A stretch of 64,000 nt of DNA from Azolla caroliniana (lineage: Eukaryota; Plantae; Polypodiophyta): NCBI GenBank assembly GCA_043228905.1, contig JBHGNT010000002.1, positions 23,498,001 to 23,562,000 of the forward strand. Direction: 5' to 3'. How positions within the stretch are numbered: the stretch's first letter is position 1; each line of letters begins with the position of its first letter. The position numbers were made by a program, and so were the translations under genes. Positions 11,501 through 25,161 of the stretch are shown piece by piece. The notes below the pieces were generated by a model. The model was not told the origin of the DNA. It worked only from the letters and a program-made list of their open reading frames with translations, and made no database searches.

Positions 11501-14500
11501 CTACCTTAATACTTAACTTACATGAGCGAGTTTGAAGAAGTCTTAAGGTTCTCTAACTCCAATTTTGACATTTTAGCATCTTGCCACTTCATCTTTAGTG
11601 CTTATAGTTATCTATCCTTGATGTTCACATACTTGATAGCATCACCTTTGAGCTCCAATAGATCCTTTATTCCCATCTCTTAAATGATTTCAAAATGTCA
11701 AGTATCAGCCAGATTAGAGGGTTTTGCCCTTATTAGTTTTTGTATCTTGCATCCTATGTTCCAACGTTGTTTTGGCAGTCTATAATCAGGCATATTCTTG
11801 ACTTTTGTGATATACTTCTATGTTCTTTGCATGGCTAGTACCTCTATGGGCTGAGCACCTATTTCGAATAGCGATGGGATGGGATGTTGAGGATTTTACC
11901 CCCAATTGTCTATGTAAAAACAAAATTTGGATTTTCTCTATTACATTCCATGCACCAAGTGATATAGTGCCACCCCACATTTCCACTCCATAAAGCAACA
12001 CATGGACAATCATAGCATTGAATAGCATCATTTTCACTTCCCATACCCGAGGATCACTTCGGTTGCATTGATTTTCAAACATATAACAACTATTCCAGTC
12101 TGTTTGAAGTCTAGTCAATGGAAATTTAACACCAAGATATTTGAAGCTTTGCACCACTTGTAGTGGCTCTCCGTGTATGTAAGAATGGGGTAGTCTCTTG
12201 CGTGTATTGCCTTTATTGCCATCATTTTTATTTTCTACATTAACAGTTAGCCCTCTGATTTGAACTCAGTGGTGCATACCTTGTAGAGTATATGAGAATA
12301 AAACAACATCCTTGGCATATAGGAGTATAAAAATAAGTTCATGCATTAGTATTAGGACATCCACTCCTTTGGAGGCCTGTTTAATATTTCTTCAAATTTA
12401 TGCATACGCCAATGAGTGTGGGAGAGAGTGAACACCTGTGCTTGACCCCACGTTGCTAAAAAAGTACTTCGAGAAGTCACTATACATTTTCAATTGGAAC
12501 CTTGCTCATATAATTGTGCTATAGCTGCTAGATACTCTAATGGCATTCTAATCTCTATTGTTCTTTCACTCCTTGATGTAGTGTCAAAGGCTTTCTTGAA
12601 GTGCACAAAACAACAATATAGCATTTCCGCTTGAAATCGACATTTGTTTATGATAACTCTTAGTGTAACCAAGTGATTGGCAATTGAATGTTTTGGTCTA
12701 AAACGTGCTTGACCAAATGATCATTTGTGATGATGTTCAGCCGATGAGCTCTTTTGTTCCATGTGCTATAAAACTTGGCCATAACGAAGGTAACCATGAT
12801 AGTTCGATAGTTGGATACCGAATTTTCATCTCCTCTATGGATTGGTTTAATCCAATTCATGAGCCAATCTTCCTGAAAACTTACGGTCTATGATTGCTTG
12901 ATGGCGTGGTCTATGATAGCTGGTATCGATTGACAAGCTTACGGTCTTGTCCATTTCAAGATCTTACTAGTCATTAAAGTTGCATCCACTGCTTTCCCAT
13001 TAGATATCATTTTCCCCTTTATAGACATATTCAATAGATACATGCATTATATGGTATTTCAATTCTCAGTGTCATAGTCATTATCCCATTGTGCATGTAA
13101 AACTTAGGTATATATTGATCGACCTCTTCATTGGTGAATTTGCCTAGTATATCTTCATTGTACATGCTAACTTTGGTTGGAGTTAAAATATTCGTCTTTT
13201 CTTTTTTCTTGCATTTGATAGTATTGCCTTTTCTTTCCCTCATTGGTCGATCTCTTCATTGGTGAATTTGCTAGTATATCGTCGTTGTTGCCCTTGAGTT
13301 GTCTCCATGCTAACTTTGGTTGGAGTTAAAACATTTGTCTTTTCTTTTTTCTTGCATTTGATAGTATTGCCCTTTCTTTTCCCTCACCATTCTTTGATAT
13401 TGATACAATGCTAGGGCTTTCTCTTTTTTATCTTTTGCAAGCTTGAACACTTGTATTCTTCATCAAACAAGCATATAGCATGGGAATCTAATCATTTGAT
13501 GTCCACCTACATATGCACTAAAATATTGATACGCTACCTTGAGAATGACATCCTTCAATTGCTCTCAATTTTTTTTACCATCTTTATTAAGGGAGAGGTT
13601 CATAATGTAACTCCCAACCTCATTCACATATACATTAGCTTTTCCATTGGAAGCTCACATAATGTACCTCTTTTCCTTTTGTACTCTAATGCATTGGTCA
13701 ATATGTGAGTTTTGGTTGCAATGTGTAAGTATAAAGGCTTGTGATCTGAGTTTGGTGACCTTGGGCCAATACTAAATGTATTCACTATGAATGCATCACA
13801 ATCTTTCACCAATACATAGTCAACTCCACCTCCTAAGGCCAGAAGACATGTCAAAACATTTGTCATTTGAAAATGCAAGGGTACCACTGAGAATATGCAA
13901 GTTTATGCAATTTAAGCGTGTGTATGAGAATCCTACCATAATCCAACATAATACAATCTTCTGAGTCACGTGTCAAATCCTACACCATTACATTATCACA
14001 ACTTCCACAGTCGGATAAGTTCCAACTCTAGCATTAAAATCTCCCACAAACAACACTTTTCCAATCTTCTCGTATGTAAGAATGTTAGCATATACATTGG
14101 AAAAAGGATCATCATGATCTAGCTCATGCAAATTATAGTAGTTGGACTCTCTATAAAGAATGTAGCAACATGCCAAATAAAGTTTGTCTTTACATAATGT
14201 TACTTCAACCCACATATCTTTGGGATTCATCATACTTACATTATACATACTGGTATGTAGTTTTCCAAGCCCTCATGATAAATACATGGCACTTGGGCTC
14301 CCCCAATATTACTTCTAATGCAGGGCCATCCCAAGTTTCAACCAGAAATGTAATATCCATTTGTGAGCTCAAATTTCAAAGATCAGGTGAGTTCACTGGG
14401 TGTAACTGACACAGACACACCTTTTTCTAGAGACAATAGACCAAAACACTGCCATGAGGTAAATTTTGATAACAGGTAGACCGTTAAGTAATGGATGTCA

Positions 14501-15554
14501 TATACAATACCATATGCATTGGATGTCGATCAATACCACATGTCCATTGAGCATATGGGATGAGGTGCCTAATACTAATGTAAACCTAATATCTGACATA
14601 TGTACGGTCCATAAAGGTGTGATAGGAAACCTAATGTAAACCAATATCTGGCATAATATGGGATGAGGTGTCAACCCTAATGTAACCTAACATCTAACGT
14701 TTTCCATAAAGCTGTGATAAGAAGAAAGGACAGAATTTTTAATAGTTAATAGGCCTTTTCTAGATCTAACTGATTCATGAAAATCTGTAATCAACATGGT
14801 GGATTATTGATGATATGTATTTCTTTAATCAATTTTCAATGACTTTAGCAAATAACTTATAAAGGTCTTCCCTATGTTTGAAATTGGCTGCCATTGGGTG
14901 GAGAAACTTAGTTTCAACCTTAGTTTTTTTACCGTGTTAAGCTGGTTGGAGGGAAAAAGAAAATCAGTTTTTATCATGAACATAAAAAATCAATTTGATA
15001 AAAACCTGAAGTTCACATAAACTTAAAGGTTTAGTAAGAAGATGTGAAAGTTTGGAACAAGTAGAAACTATTATTATGCCAAAAGAACATTAAATTAAGC
15101 CCACTATCTGATGTTCATTACAATAACAAACTAATAATGACTCATAATTAGGAGATTCTAGAATATTTTATTTCTCCTTGAAAAAACTCCCCTATCTTGT
15201 TGACAGTCCATGAAACTTAAATGGGTTTAGGGTTTCAATAAACTCTGATTTGGAACAAATTTCTCAACTTTCTATACTGGTTTATGCTCTCATAAAGTCT
15301 CTTTTTTAACTAACCATTGACAATGTGCATGTGTTTACAGGTGTCAACCCATGTTCACATTGTTGGAAATGGACCGAATTTTGAGGCCACAGGGTTGGAT
15401 TATCATTCGTGAAAAATCGGACATCCTTCGGCACATACGAGCAATTTTTGGCTCTCTGCATTGGGAAGTCAGATTGGCTTACATCGAAGGAGAAGAGGAA
15501 ATCATAGCGCTTCAAAAGACCTTTTGGAGACCCAAATCAAAGGAAAATATTTGA
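4861..15554 (+). CDS. Probable SAM-dependent methyltransferase, DUF248/Methyltransf_29 (PMT family, PMT24-28-like), type II membrane protein. Exons 4861-5697, 5772-5921, 6037-6307, 6566-6676, 7044-7218, 7396-7668, 8163-8357, 15341-15554
   Basis: N-terminal TM segment ([18 protein letters not shown]), acidic stem, and family motifs [88 protein letters not shown]. All introns are GT-AG with matching phases. Confidence 0.93.
6328..6500. mobile_element. Small Mutator-like MITE in PMT intron 3
   Basis: Starts gggcagaccacacc, ends gtgttttttccct, with internal inverted motifs gaatacccc / ggggtatttt. Related copies at ~7826-8012, ~37488-37665, ~41026-41105 and ~50330-50495. Confidence 0.55.
7826..8012. 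mobile_element. Small Mutator-like MITE in PMT intron 6
   Basis: Long imperfect inverted arms: aaaacaccaaaataccc...atttaccagaatacccctatgttttt versus ggggtattttggtaattttgaaaacataggagattctagtaaat...agtgtttttt. Confidence 0.6.
8469..8507. repeat. (AC)n microsatellite
   Basis: Directly visible dinucleotide run. Confidence 0.95.
9740..10690 (-). mobile_element. 5'-truncated degenerate LINE (RTE-like) fragment in PMT intron 7, antisense to the gene
   Basis: Translation [39 protein letters not shown] matches the LINE RT region after the YADD motif (GL.VN..KTK.MVF). It is followed by a decayed C-terminal region. Confidence 0.7.
10855..11530. repeat. ~95-100 bp tandem repeats plus a rearranged duplication of the LINE 3' end
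   Basis: Unit gagggagggcatgtgtgtttgaagaagtgttaaggacatgatgctagcatgagtgagtttgaggaagtgtcaaggccatg occurs three times at 10855-11140 and again at ~11404. Segment 11176-11400 duplicates 11668-11891. Confidence 0.8.
11170..14410 (-). mobile_element. Near-full-length degenerate LINE (APE endonuclease + RT, RTE-like) in PMT intron 7
   Basis: Endonuclease motifs [12 protein letters not shown] (13988-14248) and SDHKPL (13624-13887). RT motifs [26 protein letters not shown] (YADD mutated) and VQSFKYLGV. Many stops and frameshifts. Confidence 0.85.
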
Positions 15555-16196
15555 TATGAGGACCACTTATATTGGTATTAACTCATGAGAGAGAGAGAGA
15601 GAGAGAAACTTTGGTACCTTCACTCGAGGCCTCTTTGGATGGACAAGTATAATAGCATTTCAACGTATGTATGTGACAAAAATGAAAAGTACCGAAAATC
15701 GGCATTAAAAAAGGACGTGTGCAATCCTCCTTAAATATTGTTGCAAAATATTCAAAGGTCGAAGTGGACTCTTTTGTGATGGTTCCAACTGATCGAACAA
15801 ATGCGAAGGTTTTGGGATTAAGGCAGCATTGTGAATAAATGAAACAAGGAAATTAACTTCAGAATTGGAACTTGCGTTGTGTTTGTTATGCTGGAACCTG
15901 AGATACAATATAGTCCAAATTACAAAATTTTCATCATACGAAATTTGGTTGTGTTCGCTGTGCTAGAACTTGAAATATGATATAGTCCACACCTATGTTT
16001 CAAGGAACATTAATATGGGGGTAGATGTACATCACAAGATAATTGTTAGAATCTATTAAAACTTCATCTCATCCTTTTTATTGCTTTCTCACAGTTTCAC
16101 ATTATGTATCCAATGCTGAAGTTGAAAACAATGAGATAATTGACAGAGCTGACTCCTAAAATAATAAAATTTACAGAGAATTGCCTCTATACATAG

Positions 16197-16617
16197 TAGG
16201 ATGGGCTTGGTTTAGTTTCAGTTCGGTTTGATTTCTTTGCCTTGAAATCAAACTGATTTGAACTGAGCTATTTATAGATAACAGAAATCAAACCAAACTG
16301 TTTAGACCCAAACCATTTAAGAAACTCTAAAACCATTTAAACTAAACAATTTAGGCCCAATCAATTTAAAAAATCATTAAACAAAAATATAAATTAAAAT
16401 ACTCAACCATTAGGGAAAAAAAGTTAACCAAAAACCAACAAATCAACTTAAACTTGAGTTTTAAAACCAAACAGTTTAATAATAATTGAACCAAACCAAC
16501 TCATTTTAGCACATATGAAAACCAAATCAAGTCATTTAATTATATTTGAGCTAATAAACGGTTAAACCATGGCTTGACAATTTGGTTTGGTTTCAGCCAA
16601 AACCAAGCCCATCGCTA
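16197..16617. mobile_element. hAT-type MITE
   Basis: TIR tag-gatgggcttggttt / aaaccaagcccatcgcta, aaacca/ggtttg-rich interior, possible degenerate 8-bp TSD atacatag/atgcatat. Confidence 0.7.
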
Positions 16618-19600
16618 ATGCATATCATGATAAACTTTAATGCAAACAATGCCAAGGTGTTTCTTAGGACAATAAGACTAAATGATTACTGGTGTAGCTT
16701 GCTTTAATGGAATCAAAGGGACATTGTTCTATTGAAGAAAGGACATGTCACAAATTTCTAATGGATTCCAAGGCACTAGTGAAGAAGTTCAAATCTAAAT
16801 GCACTCAAATGTAGACACAAAAGCTAACCCACTAGTGAAAAAGCTCAAATCTAAATGCACATACATCATGGTATAGTAAACCAAGTAGGTTTAGGTCTCA
16901 ATAAATGGATCCGATTCCATAAGGAAAACCCCAATGGATTCCAAAAGTATGGATAAACCCCAAATCCTAAATTTCTTTTTATGGTTAACACAATGGAATG
17001 TGTGTGTATGTATTGCGAATAGAAGTAATAATGTGGTTCATGTTAACACACAAACATGACTATTTGTTTGAACAAGTTGGCGCGTTCGTTTGAAGTGCTA
17101 CGGATATATATATAAAGCTCAACATCATAAATCATACATAATTAGAAATAGTGACGATTATCCAAACAAGAAACATGAATGCAATGAACATAAATCTAAA
17201 TAAATTTCAAACCTTTGAGTTCAAAATATGAAGCGTACATTTTACCATTGCATGTATTGTGTTGAATACTTCATTTCTATGTGGACTTAGTGGTAACTTA
17301 TTGATGGACATGTAGAATCAAAGCTTTCACATTGTGCTCTAATGTCTTCTTACTTTTCAAGCATTTTACATAAAATGCAAGACACATTGAGTCCAATACC
17401 ATTGGCCATCATTCTAACATTTGCATTCATCTTAGTGGCTTGTTCTTTCACTTTGAAATTTGTTCCCTACGCCTTTTACAATGATGAAAATAACGCTTCT
17501 CACAAGATCTTGAATGGGGTCTTCTATTGCTATTGTGACATGTTGATGAATCTCTAAGAATGTTTAGGTCTGTTTTCCTTCTTTGGTTATTTATTAACTG
17601 ACTATAGAAACTTGTGGCCCTTAACTCCAATATTACTATTGAGTATTGAGTACTTTTCAAAGAGTTATATTGCACAAATATCAAAATGGAAACGTGATTC
17701 AAATCCAAACATTTATTAGACCAAAGTCATTGAGTTTACCATGAATCATCTAAATGCATGATTAGGAGGATTACAAACTATAATAGCAAAGATTCTATAT
17801 TATCTGCACGATTCACGACTTTAATAAGTATTATTTATCTTTGTACAAATTTGGTGTAATGTTAAAAGGCAACATCTTCAGTGCTACACCTTTGCATATA
17901 TGTGTTTGAACTTTGAAGTTTGGAAACTTAAAAGGCTCTTATGTAATGCATGTACAATGTGCTTTTGACCTGAATTCATTCCTAGGATGTCAAATTGATT
18001 GAAATTTGGCATCGACATGTCCACATATTTCTGCCTTAAAATGTTCAATTGATCAGATTTTGGTAAGATATGAAAGACAATTGCTTGTGAACCTAGCATT
18101 AAGTGGAAGAATTGTAGGGAAAACGGAAGACAATAAAGCATTATTGGCAAATTATTAACCTAGACTTTGACCTTGTTTTAAAAGTAATGTGTGGTTTACA
18201 CCTTATTTATTCTGGGAAGGATTCTGATCTTCATTTTTATTTTTTGTTCTATTAACTTCCAAAAGTTCCTTTTTATTTATTCACTCTTCCTTTGTTTCAT
18301 CCCTAATACTGATGTTTGAAAGCATTGAATTTAGTGTTTGAAAATTTCTTTGTACTTTCTTAATGATATATATGTATGTGTGTGTATGAGTCATATCATT
18401 ATGACTTCTTCTAGATGATAGTTTGTCTTTATCGGTTTATCAACTCTAGATGACTAGCTCAAATTCTCTCAAAGAGTGGACAACCATATGTGATGTATTA
18501 TGTTTCACAATGATGCCAATATTTTGTCTAAACTTAGATATCCCAAAGAGAAAAAACATTGTTAGATATGTGAGACAAGAAATGGTGTGTATTAAGCGTG
18601 TTCAATCATAACTCAAAAATGTTTTTCTTTATCTCATCTTGAAAAGTTATATGTCTAACCTCTTGAACTGATTTTCGTCAATCAATGTTTATTACCTAAT
18701 GTGGACAAGAAGCTAGAGATGCTCCCCTTCCCAATTTCCAACTAATAAGTATAATCTAGATAATTTCATAATGTTGTTGTGAGCCATTATTGTAGTGGGA
18801 ATGTGTTGATAACATTAAGATTAATTTATATTCCTTCTTTATGTCAACTTCCAATATTTTGTATCTAATTTCCTTTGGAATATTCAGAAGCAAACCAAAC
18901 TTATAAGTTGTATAGGAAAATCTATCTTACTATTCCAATAATTTACTTGGAATGTTCCCGATAAGAGAAACTTTTATGGTGGTTCACTTCCATTGCGGCG
19001 ACTTCCAAGGCTTGTGATTTCAACATATTCCATTTGACCTTTCAAATTGAAACCTTTTTACTAAATCGGAGTGCACATGCATCCAAATGATATATTTCCT
19101 CAACTAGCCGTATCTTTATGACAAAATAACCTTAGAAATATGCTTCTTGAAGTTTAACTCCTCTATGTTTTTCTATATTCAAATGAGGGAAACAAATCTT
19201 CACACTTTGCCCCTCGCAAAATATTTGCTTTTATAATATGAGTATGAAACAACTTTAAGTTGATACCCCCATTCATCTACTAGAACCTTGATCACTGAAT
19301 ATTCATGTATCTTCGTTATAATAAATGCAACTTATAAGCACTCTTCACTATGATCTTTCTCTCAAAGAGTGAAAAATACGCAATATCTTCCTCCCATTGG
19401 TGTATAGGTTGTTCCAACAATTCACATTATTTGGAAGGATCATTCTCATTCCATTTCTTGGGACAACCATGAACATTTTTTGCTAAGTATGTTTGTCACT
19501 TTATTATCCAAAAGTGAACATGGATTTTGACTAAACTTATAAGCAAATGTGAACATGCCTATCCATTGATGGGCTTGCCATAAAGTACAAAAACCCCATG

Positions 19601-19848
19601 TTGATCTCAAAACATAAAGAACCCCTTTTCTTAAGGAAACTTATGTTTGGTGGTTAGTATTAGATAGTTGAGATTTTTTTATTGTGAGACAAATATATAA
19701 ACTTCTCTTTTTATGTTATTTATTATTATTATTATTTATCATAATTAGCTTACCCTAGTAGTAAGTTGTTTATACCATTAGCACTACATCTTGGGTTCAA
19801 AACCCAATTTTCTCACCTCTCTATTATGCCATAGATATCTCTTATTTC

Positions 19849-20010
19849 ACTAGATGCCATTGTGGAATGTAGGGTGTTCAACCCATGACCACATGTCTCC
19901 ATTGGGCAACCTTACCAACTGAGCTACATCCATTGGTCTCCATGGGGGGCGGGGGGTGAACCCATGACCATTTGGTCTCCATTGGGCAACCTTACCAACT
20001 GAGCTACATC
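19849..20010 (-). mobile_element. tRNA-derived SINE with duplicated (dimeric) head
   Basis: Minus strand reads atgtagctcagttggtaagg (A box) ... ggtcatgggttca (B box) twice in tandem, then tail ccctacattccacaatggcatctag. A same-family copy lies at ~50575-50657. Confidence 0.75.
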
Positions 20011-21989
20011 TCTCTCTCCAAGGTGACATAGTTTTTAGAAACACTCCTTGCATATATATGTCTCTCTCTCCAAGGTGGTATAGCTTCTAGAAATTGCATG
20101 GAAGAAGGTTCAACAAAAGGTATAAAATAATAAACTTTTAATTAGCAAGGGAACTTCCTTATAATGGGAAACATATCTAACCGATGCTATAATGCAAACG
20201 AATAGTTGTACTTGCCAAGATTCAATTGTTTTATTCATATTGTATTGGTTGTGATTTTGTTATCTCATATTTCCACTTCAATGGTCATGGCTCATAATAA
20301 ACTTTGCATGCTGCATACTCTTTATTAGCGAGGGCAGTGGTCATGTCTTGGTAAACTAGATCATGTATTGTAATAAACTTTGAATAAGGGACACTCTTTA
20401 TTAGCATGGGAATGATGCCCATTTCACTCTATGTATTGTGGAATGTGGTGGGTGTTCCATTGTTGTAGAGAATATATTTAGGATCGTGTGCATGAGCTTC
20501 AACCAAGAAAATAATATAAATACATCTATATTATTTAACTTACATAAACACATGGCGAAACATTCAAATGGCTTGCTATGCAAATCAATTAATAGAGCTT
20601 GTGAGGTTACATGCTAAAGTTTGAAGTATAAACAAGATATTATATGTGTTGAAGAGGATTTGATGCATGAATTCATGGTCTTATAATATTGTAAGTATAA
20701 AAAAGGCCAAATATTGTAAGGATTTATCAGCCACCCCGGTGGTTGTTTCCTCCGAGGGTGGGTGCTGAAATGTGAAGTGATTGGATGATGTCTATGCTGA
20801 ATGTGGGTTGTGTGAGGCTCATGTTGAGGGGATTCGGTCAAGTAATACTGTGCTTAGAGGATGATGCGGTGAGTTTGAGTCTTTGTTGATTCCTTTATAC
20901 ATGTTGGTTTCTTTATAGCCATGCAAATTGGCTTGTAACATATGAGTTCTATATTATCCTATGTACATTGTCTTGACTCTTAACTAATGGAAGTAGTATT
21001 TTTTTTGGAAAAAAGAAAAAAAAGGCCAAATAACAAAAAAAGGTCATATTGTGTTTTTGTTTTTGTTTTTTTTTAAACTTCAACATTCATATTTTTGTTT
21101 CCAATAGAGATTTTTTGAGATGATCACAATGGCACATTGGTCCCATGTAATTGTATTAGTTTGATCTTGCGAGTTTTTAAAACTTTTGCTTCCTCTTAGG
21201 ATTTTCAATTTTCATAGATATCGTAAACAATGGAGTGCATAGTCTAAATACTTTAGGCTAAACGTTGATCTTGAAAAATGTTGATTTGTGGGTGCTCCTT
21301 TTTATTCTAGAAAAATATACTCATTAGTATTAAGAAACACCCTAAGGGTGTACATGAAATTACCCTCGTTTTAAACCAAACCACCTATGAAATATACCTT
21401 TGTCCCATATGGCATTAAACCCTAAACATAGTAATTCTGCTTGATGAGTGTCACCCTTTATGTTATCCAAAGAACTTCTTCGATTATGCACGATCTCTGT
21501 CTAAATCACAATAATTGTTTGAGTCAGACTTTCTGTCACATTTTGGAATACCTTCAAACACATTGTTTTCCAAATATACCAAATTGTAATACTACTTACC
21601 AATTGTCATAATTCACTTTTATCAGTCACTATTTGTGGATTTAGGGATATATTTGTTTTTTGGATTGAACTAGGTAGACCATGTCAAGATAAGATTCACA
21701 AAAAAAAAAAAACAAGGTCAAGACGAGTGGCAATAACAGTATACATATAAATGCCAACAACGAAGGCATATTGAAGTACTTTTAACATTCTTATACTAAA
21801 TTACATTGGTGATTGTTAGGCTTTACAACAATGGCTAGAGGAGTTATGTAACCTTCATATCATGATCATGCATGTGAAAGTACTTGCAGACTTTATTGAC
21901 ATATTCATGTTGTGACAACCATAGTAGTTTACTTCCATTTATAACATTGAAGCGCAGTTGTCAATTTTATCATTACACAAGCATATTGA

Positions 21990-24900
21990 GGTGGAATGTG
22001 AGAAGAAGAAGAAGAACGAGTCTGTGAACCTACCAACTATGCTTCCCAACTTTGAACATAATGACCATGGAAGAATATTTGTGATTAATCAACAAGCTAA
22101 CTCCGTGACGTCCAACTCAAACATATAAAATTATGTATGGTTAATGGATTCGGGTGAATCACACCGTGTCGTCGGCCATAGCAAACGGTTTCGAGAGTTA
22201 TGAATCCCAAACGACTTGGCTACATGGAGATCAGAGATGATACAAAACATCCACTTTGCCATATTGATGATGTACTACTAAGTGGTTGTAAGAAGGAATG
22301 CATCAAGAACATATTGCATGTGCCAACTATCACAAAGAACTTGGTGGCAATCAAAGAAAGATTACGTGGGAGATCAAACAAATGTGTGTGTTTCATCAAA
22401 GACCTCAATGTCCACAAGAAGTTGGTTATCCTTGATGACAAGATGATAAACTCGGCCATGTTTGCCGACGAGCAAAATTAATCATCCAACATAGAATGTG
22501 GCCCAACAAAATATTTGAAGGATACAAGTGAGAGGGTAGAGTAATAGTGGAGTGTGCACAACATCTTATACCAAGAACCAATTTAGGGTTTAGGGTTTAG
22601 GGTCATGTACTATTGGATCTCATCCACTCAAACCACTAGCTTTGGAGGAATTTAGATACTTTGTGACCTTCATTGAAGAACATTATTGACACACTTCACT
22701 CAGACTACCCAATCTGAGTGAGAGCAAGGTGTTCACCCACTCTTCAAAGTTCAACTCAAACCATTAACTTTGGAGGAATGTAGATACTTTGTGATCTTCA
22801 TTGAAGAACAGTATCAACACACTTCAATCTACCCAATCTGAGTGAGAGCAAGGTGTTCACCCACTTTTCAAAGTTCAAGAGTCTTATTGAGAAAGGCATT
22901 GGACGAAGAATCTAATGCCTATGATCCGAATAGAAGAGATGAATTCCAAATGGATTTTCAAACTTCCTCGATCATGGAGGATTATGATAAGAATTCTTGT
23001 GTTGGTATGTATTGCAACAAAAAAATCGATACATATTGGATGTAGCATGAGCAATGCTCAATAAGAAGAACATAACCAAAACATATTGGGTGGAAGTGGT
23101 ATGTATGAAGGCCTATTTGATGAGCCGATGTATAATGTTCATCATACAGAATGTAAATCTATAGGAGTGCTAATACATGGAGTAACGTGAAATAACACAC
23201 GAGAAGGTGTTTGGAGGAATCACATACATGCATGTTTCAAACTAAGTGGAAACGAAGCTCATGCCTTAGTTAGACAAGTGTATATATGTGGGCTAAATTG
23301 AGTATAACTGATATGATCCTTCCTCACAAAAGACAAATACAAGTAGGAATGTCATCTTTAATGAATTCACCTCTTGGTATATCCCCATGGATACCCCCTT
23401 AATGCTAGACAATTCCGAGGAGGACACTTTGACACTTTCGAGTTTGAAAGATATTGTGTCTTCGAGTAGGATGAGTAGACCCAATGTACCATGAGAAGTA
23501 TAATGAATTGAACCCAAAGGATTCTAATTCCATAAGGAAATTAGAGTGGGTTGACACAAAATTCGGTGTGCTCTTTATGCCGACACCAAGGGTAACGAAG
23601 GCCCTTCAACAAACAAAACAAACTAACAATCTAGTTGAGAGAAGAATCTCATTACTTGGTTGGGATACAATGACCATATAGATCATTATTACACTTTCAC
23701 TATGATGGTTGAAGCTATTTCTATAACCATAAAGATTCATGAAAGCAACACAATATCTTAAATGGGAGGAAGCCATGAACAAGGAGTGTGAGCCCTATAT
23801 GGGAGCCCCATGGACGGTGAAGTATATCCTTGGCTCCAAGTTCCAAATGAAGGATATGGAAGAGCTTCAATACTTCCTTGGTGTCAAAATCATCTGCAAC
23901 ATGCGAGGAATCTTCCATTCATAGCTTCATTGTATATTGAACTTATTGTTCAAGTTTGGTATGATAGGTTCCAAACTTATCACCAACATCATTGATTGCA
24001 ACCAAAAATTATTCATTGAGTAGGCTCCACTAATATCTCAAATATGATACAAAATCTCCAAATGATTGGAAGCCTTATCTACATGACTTGACCTAAGCTA
24101 CCCTATTGGCATGCTTTAATCAATTCATGTAGGCACCATGAGACACACACATGTCATGTGTTTACAAAGTGCTTTGATATGTGAGTAGAGCCTTTATTAA
24201 TTATGCGTAGTAGTTTCGTTGGAAGGCTACACAAATGCATATTGTTGCGCCGCATCGTGGCTTTGTTTTGTCTCTCAAAAGCAGGGTCATTTCTTGGAGT
24301 AGCAAGAAGCAATCGATAATAGCTTTCTCTAGCACAATGTTGTTGCATGTGAAATAGTGTGGCTTGAGTGAATGTTCAAGAACTTTAACATCCTCATTAA
24401 AGAACCAATTTCAAATCCTTTATGAAAATGTGAGCCACATCCAACTAACACATAATTCAATCTTTTATGCATGGATGAAACACATCAACGTGAACTACCA
24501 CTACATTCGACAATAAATAATAACCAAAAATGTTAATCTCCAACATCTTTACACTAACCTACAAATGATAGGTATCTTCACTAAGGTCTTTGCTACAAAA
24601 AAGCTAGACAAATGCTCACTTACACTTATTCTCTACCTTTTTTACTTGATGAGCTTGAGATGGAATTATGAAGGGAGCTCGAAGATGAATAAAGGAACGC
24701 GATTCAATCTGCGATCCACGATTCAATGGATTTGACATGATTAATGATCTAGACTAGAAATTCAGATAACTAGAAGATGACACGACAAGTTCTAAACAAC
24801 CAACTCTTATTTGAGCTTGACGGAGGGTGGCCAGAAACAAGCTCAACCAACCATAGTGTGCGGACACACACCCTTACTAGGCCATGAGCATTAAGGGCCC

Positions 24901-25161
24901 ACGGGCCACTACTAGTCAATCTTAAAAAGAGAATATTGTAAGTGACATGAAATATTGTAATTGACATGCTATATGCATTTAATGAGAGAATATTCTCTAT
25001 CTCACTCCCTTAATTGTTGAATATTGTAGAGAGAGAGGGTAATGCTATATAAAGCACTCTCCTCCCCTCTCACTTGTTTGTGCTGCTAAGGCCTTCCTTT
25101 ATTATAGTGTCCTCCTTGTTAATAAAATCTATTCTTGTTGTGTACACCTATCTATCTCACA
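21990..25161 (+). mobile_element. Degenerate Ty1/copia LTR retrotransposon (pol remnant plus probable 3' LTR ~24669-25161)
   Basis: Protease WLMDSGESH at ~22138; ILHVPTITKNLV; integrase remnants; RT LGSKFQMKDMEELQYFLGVKI; RNase H KHINVNYHYIR at ~24480. PPT-like gagcttgagatggaa is followed by a TG...CA LTR-like block containing tatataaagc. No 5' LTR recognised. Confidence 0.8.

Noticed and set aside
17300-19700. Possible very old gypsy gag-protease remnant on the minus strand (IKVLVDE at ~19275)
   Set aside because: Too decayed to delimit or classify by eye; needs a tBLASTn/HMM search.
19849-20010. tRNA gene
   Set aside because: Has A and B boxes but no pairable acceptor or anticodon stems, and a related copy shares a non-tRNA tail, so it is a SINE.
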